The notes beneath the pieces were generated by a model. The model had not been told where the DNA came from. It ran no database searches and saw only the letters and a list, made by a program, of their open reading frames with translations. Shown here in pieces: positions 27,218 through 41,124 of a stretch of 55,546 nucleotides of DNA. Source of the stretch: Octopus sinensis (taxonomy: Eukaryota); contig NW_021833087.1 in NCBI RefSeq assembly GCF_006345805.1, positions 1-55,546 of the forward strand. Direction: 5' to 3'. The number at the start of each line of letters is the position of its first letter. Positions within the stretch are counted from its first letter, which is position 1. The position numbers and the translations under genes are program-made.

Positions 27218-27885
27218 TTTTATTCTTTTACGCGTTTCAGTCATTTTACTGCGGCCATGCTGGAGCACCGACTTCAGCTGAAGAAATCGACCCCAGGACT
27301 TATACTTTGTAAGCCTAGAACTTATTTTATCGATCTCTTTTGACAAGCCACTAAGTTTCGGGGGCATAAACATAGCAACATCGTATATATATATACATAG
27401 CAACATATGTGTATATATATACATATATATACATATATATATACATATACATACATATACATATATATATATATCTTTGTGTGTGTGTGTGTGTAGGAGA
27501 CGAAAAATTATAAGGCAGAATGCTAAACTGAAAGTAAATTTTAATAAAAATGGGTGTATGTAAAATTAAAAAAAAAAAAAATGATAAATCAAACCGGCAA
27601 GGCAAATTTTCAAGATTTGGAAGGAGAAAAGAAACTTACAATGTTTTTTTTTTTCAAGCAAATAATAATACATATATACAAAAAAATAATAATACATATA
27701 TACATTTCTCCACGTGCGGTTAACACAACCTCACCATTTACTGACTTATATATATATTTACACGACCGGCTTCTTTCAGTTTCCGTCTACGAAATCCATG
27801 CACAAGGCTTTGGTCGACCCGAGGCTATAGTAGAAGACACTTGTCCAAGTCGACACGCAGTTGGACTGAACAAATTGAAATAAAA
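27218..27885 (-). mobile_element. SINE family A, interrupted in its central microsatellite
   Basis: Tail at 27218-27390 and head at 27755-27885, both reverse-complemented. Confidence 0.75.
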
Positions 27886-28238
27886 CTGTCGTCTTGGAGT
27901 TCTTTACCATTGAATGTCTTCAACCCACCATCTCTAGGACTCTCCTTTCTCTCTCATTTTTTATTTCTCTGTCTGTATCTGTGTGTCATTATCCCTACCA
28001 TTCCTATGTTACTATTCATTCTTACACTCTGTTCTTTTTTTCTCTCTGTCCCCTTGCTTTTCTCTTGAATCTTCGTTGTCAGCAGCTGAAAAAAAAAAAG
28101 AAATAGTAAAAACGAAAAAGAAAAAATTACTATGTGAGTTTAAATAATACAAATATTTTTAGTAGAAAAGATAAATAATATAAGCACAGATACTCACACA
28201 TACATACACAGTTCTTTACTATTTGGATGCACACACAA

Positions 28239-28273
<35 letters not shown>

Positions 28274-29139
28274 TACAGGCATGCTCACACACTAATATGT
28301 GTATGCATATAATATATATATACATATACACGACAGGCTTCTTTATAATATATATATATATATAATATATTTATATTAATTTAATAATATATGTAATATA
28401 TATATATATACATTCATTCATACTCATGTATGTACATTCATGTGTGTGTGGGTGTGGGCGTTCGTGTTTTTTCGCACGTGTGTGCATGTGAAACAAATAA
28501 ATCCGAGTCTTGTCTGCAACGTACGTCTTGGGAAGGTCTACAGCAAGCAATCTGTTCACTAGAAATGTGATATTAGAGGAGAAGGTCACAACATTTATGA
28601 GTATCTAGAGACAAGACACACGAGCGCTTAAGCACAGAAACACACACACACACACACATGTTTGTATGTATGTATGTATGTATGTATGTATGTATGTATG
28701 TATGTAGGTAGGTAGGTAGGTAGGTATAAATATATGCATTGCAATAACCTTCACTGGAGTAACAACAACAAACACAAAACTAAAAACGGATAATGGATAA
28801 AAACTTTATATTAATATTCGGCTTTACGTATAAAATCTAAAAACTGAATTTTTAAATAATTTGAAATGAGAGAGAAAAAGGAAAACACCTTCATGAAACG
28901 TGTTGGGGGGGTATACTCCTTCGAGAGTTGAATACCTGGACATTCTATGTAGTAAGAACTGAAAACCAGTTCATACGACTTATATATCCACGACAGAACA
29001 AAATACTAGAAAGAACATATACAAGTATTTGAAGCAGACCACTTTAAGATGATTAGAATGATAAAGTAAAACAATTATTTTAATAGTTTTCGAAACACTC
29101 TAAGCATAACAGTTACCGTATTTTCTGTCATTTACATGT

Positions 29140-29310
29140 TCCAGCAAGCAGACTGCCGCCATGCTGAAAGCATCGTCTTGGAGAATGCTTTGTCGAATGA
29201 ATCGATTCTACTACTTATATATATTTTTAAGCATGGTACTTAATATATCAGGCTCTTTTGCCGAACCGTTAAGTTACCGAGACGTAAACACACCTATATT
29301 AGTTGTCAAT
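29140..29310 (-). mobile_element. SINE family A 3' part, degenerate
   Basis: CTCTTTTGCCGAACCGTTAAGTTACCGAGACGTAAACACACC matches the family A body reverse-complemented. Confidence 0.7.
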
Positions 29311-29574
29311 TATGGCGTAGGACAAATATAGACGCATTGACACACACACATTTATGTATGTATATATATGCGTGTACGGTATGTACATATATACATATTT
29401 GTGTGTGTCTGTATATATATATATATATATATGTAAATATATATATGCATACATACATACGTATACATATATATATATATATATATAAATACATGTATGT
29501 GTGTATGTATATATATATAACCCTATGTATTCCTCGCTTTATATATATATTTATATATATACACACACACACAT

Positions 29575-29634
<60 letters not shown>

Positions 29635-30302
29635 ATATATACATACATATGTACATACATATACTACACCCCCACAACAACAAATTATATGTATGCGCAC
29701 ACATATATTATATTCTTACTAATAAAATATAAAAGAATTGTGTTGAGAGACGAAAAGCGAATCTTTTTCAGCGTGTGTTTCAAATTGGAAAAAAAACAAC
29801 GAAGAGAAACGAAAAAGTGCGATACGGTACGAGAGACGTCGCCTGACACGACGGTTTAAATATTGTGTAGAAAAAGTTGCAGCCGTCATTTGTCAGCTGG
29901 TCGACCCGATGTCGAGTCCCGACCGACCTTTCACAATCGAAAGGGTTAAACGGTTTACCATCCATGACAGTTGAATGTGAAAGGCGACAAGCAATGATGC
30001 TAAATCTGCGATATGAAATTAAGTGATTTCATCGTGGAATATTTCAATGAAGAATTACTGATGCCATCTACAAAAGGAACCATTTTGCGTTTTCATTTTG
30101 TTCTTTCAGTGTCTTTTTTCTTTTGTAGTATTTAATATTTGATATAATTGTTTTCGTTTTTTTTTTTATCAGAATACACAGATTTTTTTTATCGACTCTC
30201 TCTCTTGTTCTCGTGTTTCTGTACTCATCTGCGTTTGTGCATTTTTACGTGCATGTATGTAAATAATATACGTATACATATATACATATAGGCATATACA
30301 TA

Positions 30303-30347
<45 letters not shown>

Positions 30348-30680
30348 GCATATATGTATGTATATATATATATATATATATGAATGTATATATATATATT
30401 ATATATATATATATATTATATGTATGTATGCATGCGTGTCTGTGTGTATGTTTGCATGCATGCTGTGTGGTATGTATGTATGCAGGATTTAATTTATACA
30501 AGCGAATGAACAAACAAAAGAAAGTAGCACTCAGCACATCAGTCCAATTGAGTTTTATGCTGCTCAGCATTACTTAAAGTATCGTATGCGTAGGAGTTGT
30601 GCGGCTGAAAATCTGGTGATGTTTACTACCTACGCCCAACAAAACTTTATAATGCGGAACTGAGTCAAACTGTCATTGCG

Positions 30681-30716
<36 letters not shown>

Positions 30717-32854
30717 CACACATACACACATACATTAAAATACATACTCAAAGATAAACGCACGAATTATTTTACAATGATATATACAGCTTGGCGTTAA
30801 CTCGTTTAGCATTGACCTGCAATAGCAGTCTTTTGTGTTGGAGACAATATAGCCATATAAGTAGCGGGACTCCTGGAAATTTGACGGTTTAGAAATTTTC
30901 ATCCTTTCATTTTTGATGCATAAATTTATATCTTTTTAAGATTATTTGACAATGTTATTTTTTTTTATGGTAATGAACCTACAGAGCAGACTGTGTTTAT
31001 TAAAAATAAAATCCTGTTTCGTAGTGATTTGTCATTTGAAGATCAAATCATCCTTGATTTTGTTTTCTTTCGTGAACTTTACTCAAATTAAACTCTTCTC
31101 CATTCACCTTTTCACTTCCTATTCGATTACTTTTCCGAAGTTCCCCTTAGTATTCTAACCGCTTCACATCGCTTATTTTATTCTGTCGTTCTTCTTTCTC
31201 TTGACATTATCGCCTTATCAGCTTGCTGCTCGCTGCTTATGCTCCCTCATTGCATCTCTTGATTTTCCCTTTGTTGACGTAGAGACCCTAAGTTGCCTTC
31301 TCTGTACATTTAGTCTGTAACATTTTATTTCCTTCCATTATTCTTCCCTCATCATTTGCCTTTATGGTTTCATTCTCTCCCTTGTTTCTTCAACTTTTCA
31401 ATTTCTTTCTATAGCAAACGTTGTTTAAATGTGAAGAGAGGATAAGATTTGACCTGCGAAAATGTACAGGACTGGTAAAATGGTATGAAAAGATAAAAGG
31501 GAACGAGTAATTAAAACACATTCCTTAGTGCCTTACGCTTTTATTCTCCGTGAAAGTAAAAAAAGAAGTGGAAAATATTTTCCTTCTCAAACAAATGGGT
31601 GTTTTCGAACAAAATGAGCGTCTGAAACAATGATTTACATGGATGTATTCCCCCACATTTACCCAAATCATTCTTGACGTTGTGAAAAACTGTTTGGAAC
31701 TCCCAAGTGCGGAGATTCAAATTAAGGTGTCGAGGAACGATTTCATGTAGGATGTGCAGTTGCAAGTCTTGAAGTGGGTAAATCTGTAAACTAGGCAACA
31801 ACAACGATTAGAACAATCTGAAAAATTAAGGACAAAATAAAGATTATGTCATGGCCGTCTCAGCAAAGAAGATAATTAATTCAAGCAGCAAATATTTAGG
31901 AAAACTGAAAGATATACTTTCTATACTGGTGGATGACAGATCGCAACACAACATGTTATTAAACCCACTTAAGCTCGTAAAAACAAAGATCATAATCAGA
32001 CATTTACACGACGAAGAATGACACAATTTAAAAATCTTCACTGGTAATAGAGGTTGGTTTGGGGATTAAAATGACGGCTTAACCGTCACAGCATTCATGT
32101 CTCTGGTGATGTTGCAAATATCAAGCAACTAAGGTATTTCTCTGTGTTCTTAATATAATCTAGGGTGGTGACTTCTTTCTCTAGTTTGTATTGAATGTAG
32201 ATGGACAAGGTCTTTGTGGAGCAGAAAAGGGAAGACTATCAATCCAAAATTTGATCTCTGTTCAATGGAAAACACAGCTGGGTTCAATTCTGAAAAATCC
32301 CATTTAACACCACTACTTGATGGCGATGCCTTAAAAGATTTCATGCTGAAGCCAAAGCTCAGTTAACATCGAGAAACGTCACAATCAACTTGAGGATTAT
32401 AAAAATTATACCAACTTGTGAACCTATGATTTGGAAATGAAAAAACAAAGCATGGGTGACAATGAAATGTTTTACAAGGGTATTTGCATCATATTTTTGT
32501 CCAGCAGTTTAAAGATATTGCGAAGAACATTACCTGGATCATGAGGTATTGATAGCGAGTTCATAATGCACTATGCGACATCTGGAATCTTGATATTCTA
32601 AACACCTGCATTTCTGTGGAGACAGCTTACTTGTCAACAAACATCATTTCTTTACTGCAAACCACTAGTCAGCGTAACTTCTTATGATAAGGCCTATTAC
32701 TTTCTTTAGTACATGCAAATAATTTGTTGAAGAAACAGGCAACCAAAATTAACGATCTATTAGGAAAATAACCATATATTGAAGGCTACAGGTAATATGA
32801 AGCAGTTAGAGATGAAGTAGATGACAATTACATCAACAGACATTAGAATATTTG

Positions 32855-33261
32855 AGCTGGCAGAAACGTTAGCACGCCGGGAAAATGCTTAGCAGTATTT
32901 CGTCTGCCGTTACGTTCTGAGTTCAAATTCTGCCGAGGTCGACTTTGCCTTTCATCCTTTTGGGTTCGATAAATTAAGTACCAGTTACGCACTGGGGTCG
33001 ATGGAATCGACTTAATCCGTTTGTCTCTCCTTATTTGTCCTGTCTGTGTTTAGCCCCTTGTGGGTAGTAAAGAAATAGGTATTTCGTCTGCCGTTACGTT
33101 GTGAGTTCAAATTCCGCCGAGGTCGGCTTCACATTTCATCCTTTCGGGGTCGATAAATTAAGTACCAGTTACGCACTGGGGCCGATATAATCGACTTAAT
33201 CCGTTTGTCTGTCCTTGTTTGTCTCCTCTGTGAGTAGCCCCTTGTGGGCTATAAAGAAATA
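32855..33261 (+). mobile_element. SINE family B tandem dimer
   Basis: Junction GTAGTAAAGAAATA|GGTATTTCGTCTG at 33077/33078, identical to the one at 21340. Confidence 0.9.
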
Positions 33262-36175
33262 CGATTAAGCTATGGTCAGAAGCGTGAAATGACTTCGTAG
33301 TATTTTATGATGAAATAGTACCAGCAGTCATAAAAGAAAAAAAATCATTGAACTTGCCAATGAATAGAGAATGCTAAGTGTCTGTCAAGAAGATTTGGAA
33401 GACGTTTAGAATTAGTATTTTGTGCTAAAACAAAACTAGTAGAATGTACATGGAGAAAAATTGTAGTAGATAGAATTAGTATTGAGTTGATTCAAAAATA
33501 CGTACCAAACTAATTGTAAATCCTCGAACATGTACCGATTATTAGGTTGGTGAATCAATCACTGAGTATACATGTAAACAAATCCGTTTTGACAAGTATT
33601 ATACATATAACCAATCTGACAAAATGATTGGTGGACCCTTCATTTAACATTGCATGTATTTACGTGTTTCTTTTTTTATAATCCGGCATTTTGACTGATG
33701 TAACAATCTCGTTAATTATCGAAACGATCGTAACTGATTAGTAAATATAACGTCATCATCTGCATTCGTTTGTTTGTTTACTATAAACTTATATAAAATA
33801 CACACATATACGGGTGTTTATGTCTGTGTATGTGTGTATTTATAAGTTTAGTTTTGGAAAAAATTACAGAATTCAATACAGATAGTAAAGAGTATTAATA
33901 TCTACATCATTCATTTAGCCACAGTGACTCAAGATTCTAGAGTTTCTTGACGATGCACTCTACACTCACACACTCACACGTATGAGCTTACAAATAAACA
34001 CACACAAACATAATCATACATACATACATACATACATACATACATACATACATACATACATACATACATACGTACATACGTACATACGTGCATACATACA
34101 TACATACATACATACATACATACATACATACATACATACACACATGCTTACACACATACATATTAACAGGGCTAAAACTTAATTACTGATTTAAGGTTTC
34201 TTGCTTCCTATGAAGACAAGTGTTGAATAGGTGTGATATGGAAACAAAAGCATGTCAAATTAATCACCTTTTGCGTGAAGAGTATCTGTTTTAGTAACAA
34301 CTAACTTCCAAAGCAATTGACACCGATATCTATGTAACAATAACACTAATGATAATAATAATAATAACAAATAATTACAAAAACTAAACTCTGTAGCAAT
34401 AAACAATATTAAAAGTTTGGTTGGACGTTTCACTTTGAAATAAGTATTCTGTGAATTTTTGCGAATTCTTTCTCATTAAGGAAAATTCCAAATAATGTTG
34501 CTGCCGCATAGTCGTACAGTTAATTTGTGATATTTATATTTCTTGCATTAATCATTGTTCCTTTTGCTTTATATTTGTATGCTAGGTTGTTTATTTTGTT
34601 TTGTGTTGTTTTGTTGGTTACACGCTTGAGAATATCGAAAGATGGTACTAATGATATTGGCTCGCAAATTGCGATTCTTCCATACTACCGGTTCAAGTTT
34701 ATTTTAAACTGATCTTACTACAATCTATGTTGTACACCTGTAGTACGTATGCATACACACATACATACACACACGCACATACATGCGTACATATGAATAT
34801 ATATATATATATAAATGTGCGTTTGTCTTCGTATGAATTTATGTGCGTATACATATGTATATATGTGTATGCATATAAATATCTGTGTGCATATATATGT
34901 GTGTGTGTGTGTATGTATATATATTTGTGTGTACTGTACATATAAATATATACACTATTAATATGTATGGATACATATGTCCATGTATGTATATAACATT
35001 TACTTGTGATTACATAAGTGTGTGTGAGTGCCTGTGTGCGCGGTATGTTAGGGCGAGTGTTTACCTTCGTGTGTGTGTGTATATATATATATTTATATAA
35101 CCATATGATTTTTATAATTTTACATATATCATTTGTTGTTATTATTTTCTTTCAGTTTTCAAATTTGCTACGTTGCAATAAGAATGGAGAAGCCGTTAAG
35201 CGAGTTTTAAATCTCCTTGGTAATAATTCTCATTTCATTGTTTTTCATTCAAACTTCTAAAAGTTATCTCTCCTCAACAACAGCGCATGTACATATTTAC
35301 CTTGAAATTCAGATTCTCATCACCTACCAGTGAGCCTAAACATTCGAAACCTCATTTAAAACTATTCTTATTGTTTTTTTATTATTATTGTGTCTATTTA
35401 CGTATCCGTTTCCTTTTCCCAATAACTCTGTTTCTTTTATTTATATTTATATTTCTATATTTACGTCTTTAAAACCCACACATATAATCATGAAAGTTTT
35501 CCCTAAAATTCCCGGGAAATTCTTAATTTCGCCAAGTTGTGAAAAACAACTCCTCGGAGGTGTGGAATTAGACACTGTTAGGTCAGAATAGGTACGATTT
35601 CAGCAATCACAATGTGTACGCCATATTTGAACTTCTGACAACTAGAATTTCCCTGATGTCGAAATGTTTACCTATCAGGTAAGTTTCTTATACACTAATT
35701 AGTGGAAATTATATTATATCTTGTTTAGTTTGACTTACTTATTACTTCCTGTATTGAGAATTGGACAATGTTTCTTTCTCTAATTCAATTTCAACTACAC
35801 ACACAATCACACACACACACACACACACACACACGCGCACACACACACACACACACGCACACACACACACACAGATGCATACATACATACATGCATACAT
35901 ACATACATTCATACATACATCCACCTACACACATATATATACATTTGTGAATGTGTATATTTATGTGTACGTATCTATCTATCTATTGTGTATGTGTGTG
36001 TATGTATCTACAGGTATATACGTGAGTGTGTGTGTGTGTGTGTGTATGTGAATGAGTGTGTATTAATGTTTGTGTTTATGTTCAGTTATAATAAAAATAA
36101 TTTTCCATAAGGCAGAAAGGTTACTCGATGCTTTGTTGAGTACAAATTTATTATTCTTAAGCAAGAATATTATTG

Positions 36176-36219
36176 ACAATGACTTCGACGTTTCGACCAG
36201 CTAAGCATCATCGGACTGC
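36176..36219 (-). ncRNA. Degenerate type I hammerhead-ribozyme-like motif (probable Penelope-like element relic)
   Basis: The minus strand reads GCAGT-CCGATGA-TGCTTAGCTGGTC-GAAA-C-GTCGAA-GTC-ATTGT: core, GUC triplet and a 5-bp stem I with two wobbles. It has U4>C and a non-canonical position 10.1. Confidence 0.4.
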
Positions 36220-37094
36220 GATGGATCGAAGTAAATCTGTTGAGTTAACAACTTCCTTGAGTCTGTGGATTTGAGTGGAGTGGTAATTAAATTGTAGGGT
36301 AGGGTGTAATGGGGAAGTGTTTTGGAGAAATTTTTATTATCGACATATATATATACACACGCGTGCGCGTATGTGTGTTTATGTGTGTGCGTATGGATTC
36401 ATCCGCCTGTATGTCTATATATATATGTGCATATGCATTAATGTGTACGTATATTCATATAAGTATCTCAATTTGTATATATGTGTGTATGTGTTTATGT
36501 GTATGTATGTATGTTCGCACACACACACACATATATATGTGTGTGTGTGTGTGTGTGTGTTTGTAAATATTTATATATATGTATGTATAATCACTCACAC
36601 GTTCATATACACACATGACTATGTATCTGAATATGTGCGTAAGTCTCTGTGTGTTTGAGTCTGTGCGCATCGTCGATGACGTTCATTGAAACTGCTTGGT
36701 AAGTATAGAACTTATATTACGCATTAAAATTGATAATCATTCTAGCAGCTAACAATAACCCTGTTTCCATCTAATGGCTGTGTCTCTTCAGAAATGACGA
36801 CAGTCGCCTTTGTACTTGTAATTTCTGATTCGAAATATAGTCTAATTTTTTTAATAAGTAATATTGTATATTTTATCCCTCCTATGACATACAACTTTCC
36901 TTTGGAGGGTAGAAGCAATGATTCATTGTGAGAAATAGAGGCCATAGTTTAATATACAGCAAACAGTGAATATTCAAATCAATTTAAAGTTTACTGATCT
37001 CTATTATATTTATGACATGGATATTTATCTCCTTATCTCCTGTATAAAGCCTAAGTCAGCTGTCCAACTCTTGCTCAAGTTAATATCATATATC

Positions 37095-37400
37095 ATATAG
37101 GAGAAGGCAGGAATGTGTGCAGAAGAAGATCGCTTTGCAGCCAAGTTGTTTCCTGTTCAGTCTACTCAACAAGACCTTGTGAAAGTGGATTCTCTCACAG
37201 TCCCAAGCAGAGAAATACCTTGTGAGTAAATTGGCAGACGGAAATTCTGTGAATGCAAATCGTATTTCTGTGTGTATGCGTCTGTTTCTTCTTCATCACA
37301 TTACAGCCAGTATTGGTTTGTTTATGTCTTCGTACATAAGTTGTTTTGCATAAAGTGTCCGACAGAATAAGCACTAGCGCTAAACTTTACAAGACCGCGC
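37095..37400 (+). mobile_element. SINE family A, highly diverged
   Basis: CCTTGTGAGTAAATTGGCAGACGGAAA...CCGACAGAATAAGCACTAG is collinear with family A. Confidence 0.55.
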
Positions 37401-38203
37401 TACATCATGGCTACAGTTTTTTTTCTTATTTGAAAAGAAGAAAAAAAGCGTTTTCTGTTTTCTCATCAATATAGATGTAGGTATCGACATATTTGTATCT
37501 TATCTGTATAGCTCATGGACAATTATATTTATATTATTATTGAATTTACATTACATTACAAATTATATTCTAGTATATACTCATTATGTGGTCTGTCTAC
37601 ATTATGAAGTCCTGTAGAAATTTTGGTTTACCATTTTCCTAAAACAGCATATAACAACTAAGTTGAAATGTCACAAGATCAATTTGCTTTACATCTTATT
37701 GGCATTGAAAGTACCAGTCAAGTACTATGATCTATGCCCTCCATCAAAATTGCTAGTCTTGTGGCAAAAGTTTTGGGATAATTATGAATGTGGTGGGCTA
37801 TCAGAACAATTAGTTTCGGGCAAGATGCTTTGCAGTATTTCCTCCGAAAATTGCTGGCTTTCTTTGAAAATTAGAGATAATTATTATTGTTTGATTATCA
37901 TCGTTTGGTTTATGAGAAATGTTACTGGAGAGAAAAAACTTGAATTTTAAATTCGCCTTATCTCAGTGTTCATAAATATTCTGTTTTAATAACAGAAATA
38001 CTTGCTTTTGCTTCATCATTTATCCGAATTTCATCTCTGCATTTCAGACTTTGTAAACAGAGATGATGTATAACATAAAACAGAATTACCATGAAAGAAT
38101 ATGAAGAAAACATTCTGAATGAAAATTATCAAACGTCCTATATATGTGTGTGTATGTGTGTATGTATCTATATATTATAATATGAAAATAATATTATCTA
38201 ATC

Positions 38204-38270
<67 letters not shown>

Positions 38271-38273
<3 letters not shown>

Positions 38274-40725
38274 ATATTGTATAGAGGCATTATTACACAT
38301 AAATGCCTCACACTAAGAAGGACAAGTCATTACTACCAAAATTATACTAATCATACCCAAATGCGTTTCAAAGCAAGACATTTAAAAAATGAATTTAGTT
38401 CTGTATCACCGTGATTTCACATTCAACTTTACGTCTATGATCCTCAGCAGAACTGATTCTGAACACATCATAAATAAACTTACCAACCTTACGTAGCGAA
38501 GACGAACAGACAACTGCTCACTCCGGCCAAGCACATGGAATGTTTATAAATCATATATCCGGTAAATGGCGGGCTTTTTACGAACTGCATGTCGGGTAAT
38601 GAAAAGTATTTCGGAATAAGTTTAACAATTAAGGATAATCTCTTAATAAGGGATCTTAACAAGAAATTATCGGGCAGCTAGCGTGAAAACCTCATAAAAG
38701 AAAAGAATCGAAAATAATTTTTTTCTTTGGAACAAATTAATATATCTATATTGTATAGAGGGCATTATTACACATAAATGCCTCACACTAAGAGGGACAA
38801 AGTCATTACTACCAAAATTATACTAATCATACCAAATGCAGTTTTTCAAAGCAAGACATTTAAAAAATGAATTTAGTTCTGTATCACCGTGATTTCACAT
38901 TCAACTTACGTCTTATGATCCTCAGCAGAACTGATTCTGAACACATCATAAATAAACTACCAACCTTACGTAGCGAAGACGAACAGACAACTGCTCACTC
39001 CGGCCAAGCACATGGAATGTTTATAAATCATATATCCGGTAAATGGCGGGCTTTTTACGAACTGCATGTCGGGTAATGAAAAGTATTTCGGAATAAGTTT
39101 AACAATTAAGGATAATCTCTTAATAAGGGATCTTAACAAGAAATTATCGGGCAGCTGCTAGCGTGAAAACCTCATAAAAGAAAAGAATTCGAAAATAATT
39201 TTTTTCTTTTGAACAAATTAATTATATCTATATTGTATAGAGGGCATTATTACACATAAATGCCTCACACTAGAGGGACAAAGTCATTACTACCAAAATT
39301 ATACTAATCATACCCAAATGCAGTTTTTCAAAGCAAGACATTAAAAAATGAATTTAGTTCTGTATCACCGTGATTTCACATTCAACTTTACGTCTTATGA
39401 TCCTCAGCAGAACTGATTCTGAACACATCATAAATAAACTACCAACCTTACGTAGCGAAGACGAACAGACAACTGCTCACTCCGGCCAAGCACATGGAAT
39501 GTTTATAAATCATATATCCGGTAAATGGCGGGCTTTTTACGAACTGCATGTCGGGTAATGAAAAGTATTTCGGAATAAGTTTAACAATTAAGGATAATCT
39601 CTTAATAAGGGATCTTAACAAGAAATTATCGGGCAGCTAGCGTGAAAACCTCATAAAAGAAAAGAATTCGAAAATAATTTTTTTCTTTGGAACAAATTAA
39701 TTATATCTATATTGTATAGAGGGCATTATTACACATAAATGCCTCACACTAAGAGGGACAAAGTCATTACTACCAAATTTATACAAATACAGTTTTTCAA
39801 AGCAAGACATTTAAAAAATGAACTTAGTTCTGTATCACCGTGATTCCATTCCACATTCAACTTTACGTCTTATGATCCTCAGCAGAACTGATTCTGAACA
39901 CATCATAAATAAACTACCAACCTTACGTAGCGAAGACGAACAGACAACAACTGCTCACTCCGGCCAAGCACATGGAATGTTATAAAATCATATATCCGGT
40001 AAATGGCGGGCTTTTTACGAACTGCATGTCGGTAATGAAAAGTATTTCGGAATAAGTTTAAAATTAAGGATAATCTCTTAATAAGGGATCTTCACAGAAA
40101 TTATCGGGCAATATACAATATAGATATAATTAATTGTTCAAAAGAAAAAAATTATTTTCGAATTCTTTTCTTTTATGAGTTTTCACGCTAGCTGCCCGAT
40201 AATTTCTTGTGAAGATCCCTTATTAAGAGATTATCCTTAATTGTTAAACTTATTCCGAAACTTTTCATTACCCGACATGCAGTCGTAAAAGCCCGCCATT
40301 TACCGGATATATGATTATAAACATTCCATGTGCTTGGCCGGAGTGAGCAGTTGTCTGTTCGTCTTCGCTACGTAAGGTTGGTAGTTTATTTATGATGTGT
40401 TCAGAATCAGTTCTGCTGAGGATCATAAGACGTAAAGTTGAATGTGAAATCACGGTGATACAGAACTAAATTCATTTTTTAAATGTCTTGCTTTGAAAAA
40501 CTGCATTTGGGTATGATTAGTATAATTTTGGTAGTAATGACTTTGTCCCTCTAGTGTGAGGCATTTATGTGTAATAATGCCCTCTATACAATATAGATAT
40601 AATTAATTTGTTCAAAAGAAAAAAAATTATTTTCGAATTTTCTTTCTTTTATGAGGTTTTCACGCTAGCTGCCCGATAATTTCTTGTTAAGATCCCTTAT
40701 TAAGAGATTATCCTTAATTGTTAAA

Positions 40726-40728
<3 letters not shown>
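38271..40728. repeat. ~480-bp unit array: four direct copies then ~1.3 inverted copies, (TA)n on both sides
   Basis: Unit starts (TCTATATTGTATAGAG) at 38271, 38745, 39227 and 39706. The fold is at 40110/40111. The inverted unit spans 40125-40597 and a partial one runs to 40728. Confidence 0.95.
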
Positions 40729-40766
<38 letters not shown>

Positions 40767-41124
40767 TATATTATAATATATATAAATATATTTACATACA
40801 TATCGTTATCACCTAATATGTGTTGTGAAATGCCACTAGCTGCAGTAGGTCGTCTAAGGAAGGTCCCTATAGTCTTAAAAGACAGAGCTAGATGACACAA
40901 GATCTTCGCGGAAGTGTAGCCTCAAACAGATTGTGTAATTTTAGAATGTCACTCCTCCTGTCCATTTGATAACAAGTGCCTAATGAACAACATTGTTTAT
41001 TGATGTGTAGTTACTGTGGATGGGTTTTAGGTCCGAAGCTATGGCTGCTTCGTATGGTCTCTAGCACATCATTAAATGTTAATTAGGAAATTAAAAAGGA
41101 ATTTAGTTGAGTACAATATGAAAT

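Noticed and set aside
30588-30635. GCGTAGG/CCTACGC stem whose minus strand starts TAGGTAGT (miR-196/let-7-like seed)
   Set aside because: Only ~10 bp pair, the remainder does not match those miRNAs, and it is not a pre-miRNA-quality hairpin.
31541-32700. Non-repetitive, coding-looking stretch with short minus-strand ORFs (possible decayed DNA transposase)
   Set aside because: Only vague resemblance and no DDE motif could be aligned; needs tBLASTx against Repbase.
38271-40110. Array as CRISPR-like or rDNA-like repeat
   Set aside because: The units are whole ~480-bp copies with no unique spacers and no rRNA similarity; the context is eukaryotic.
38867-40453. Repeated 61-69 aa ORFs in the tandem array
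   Set aside because: They have different starts because of indels and no recognisable domain; no evidence of coding function.
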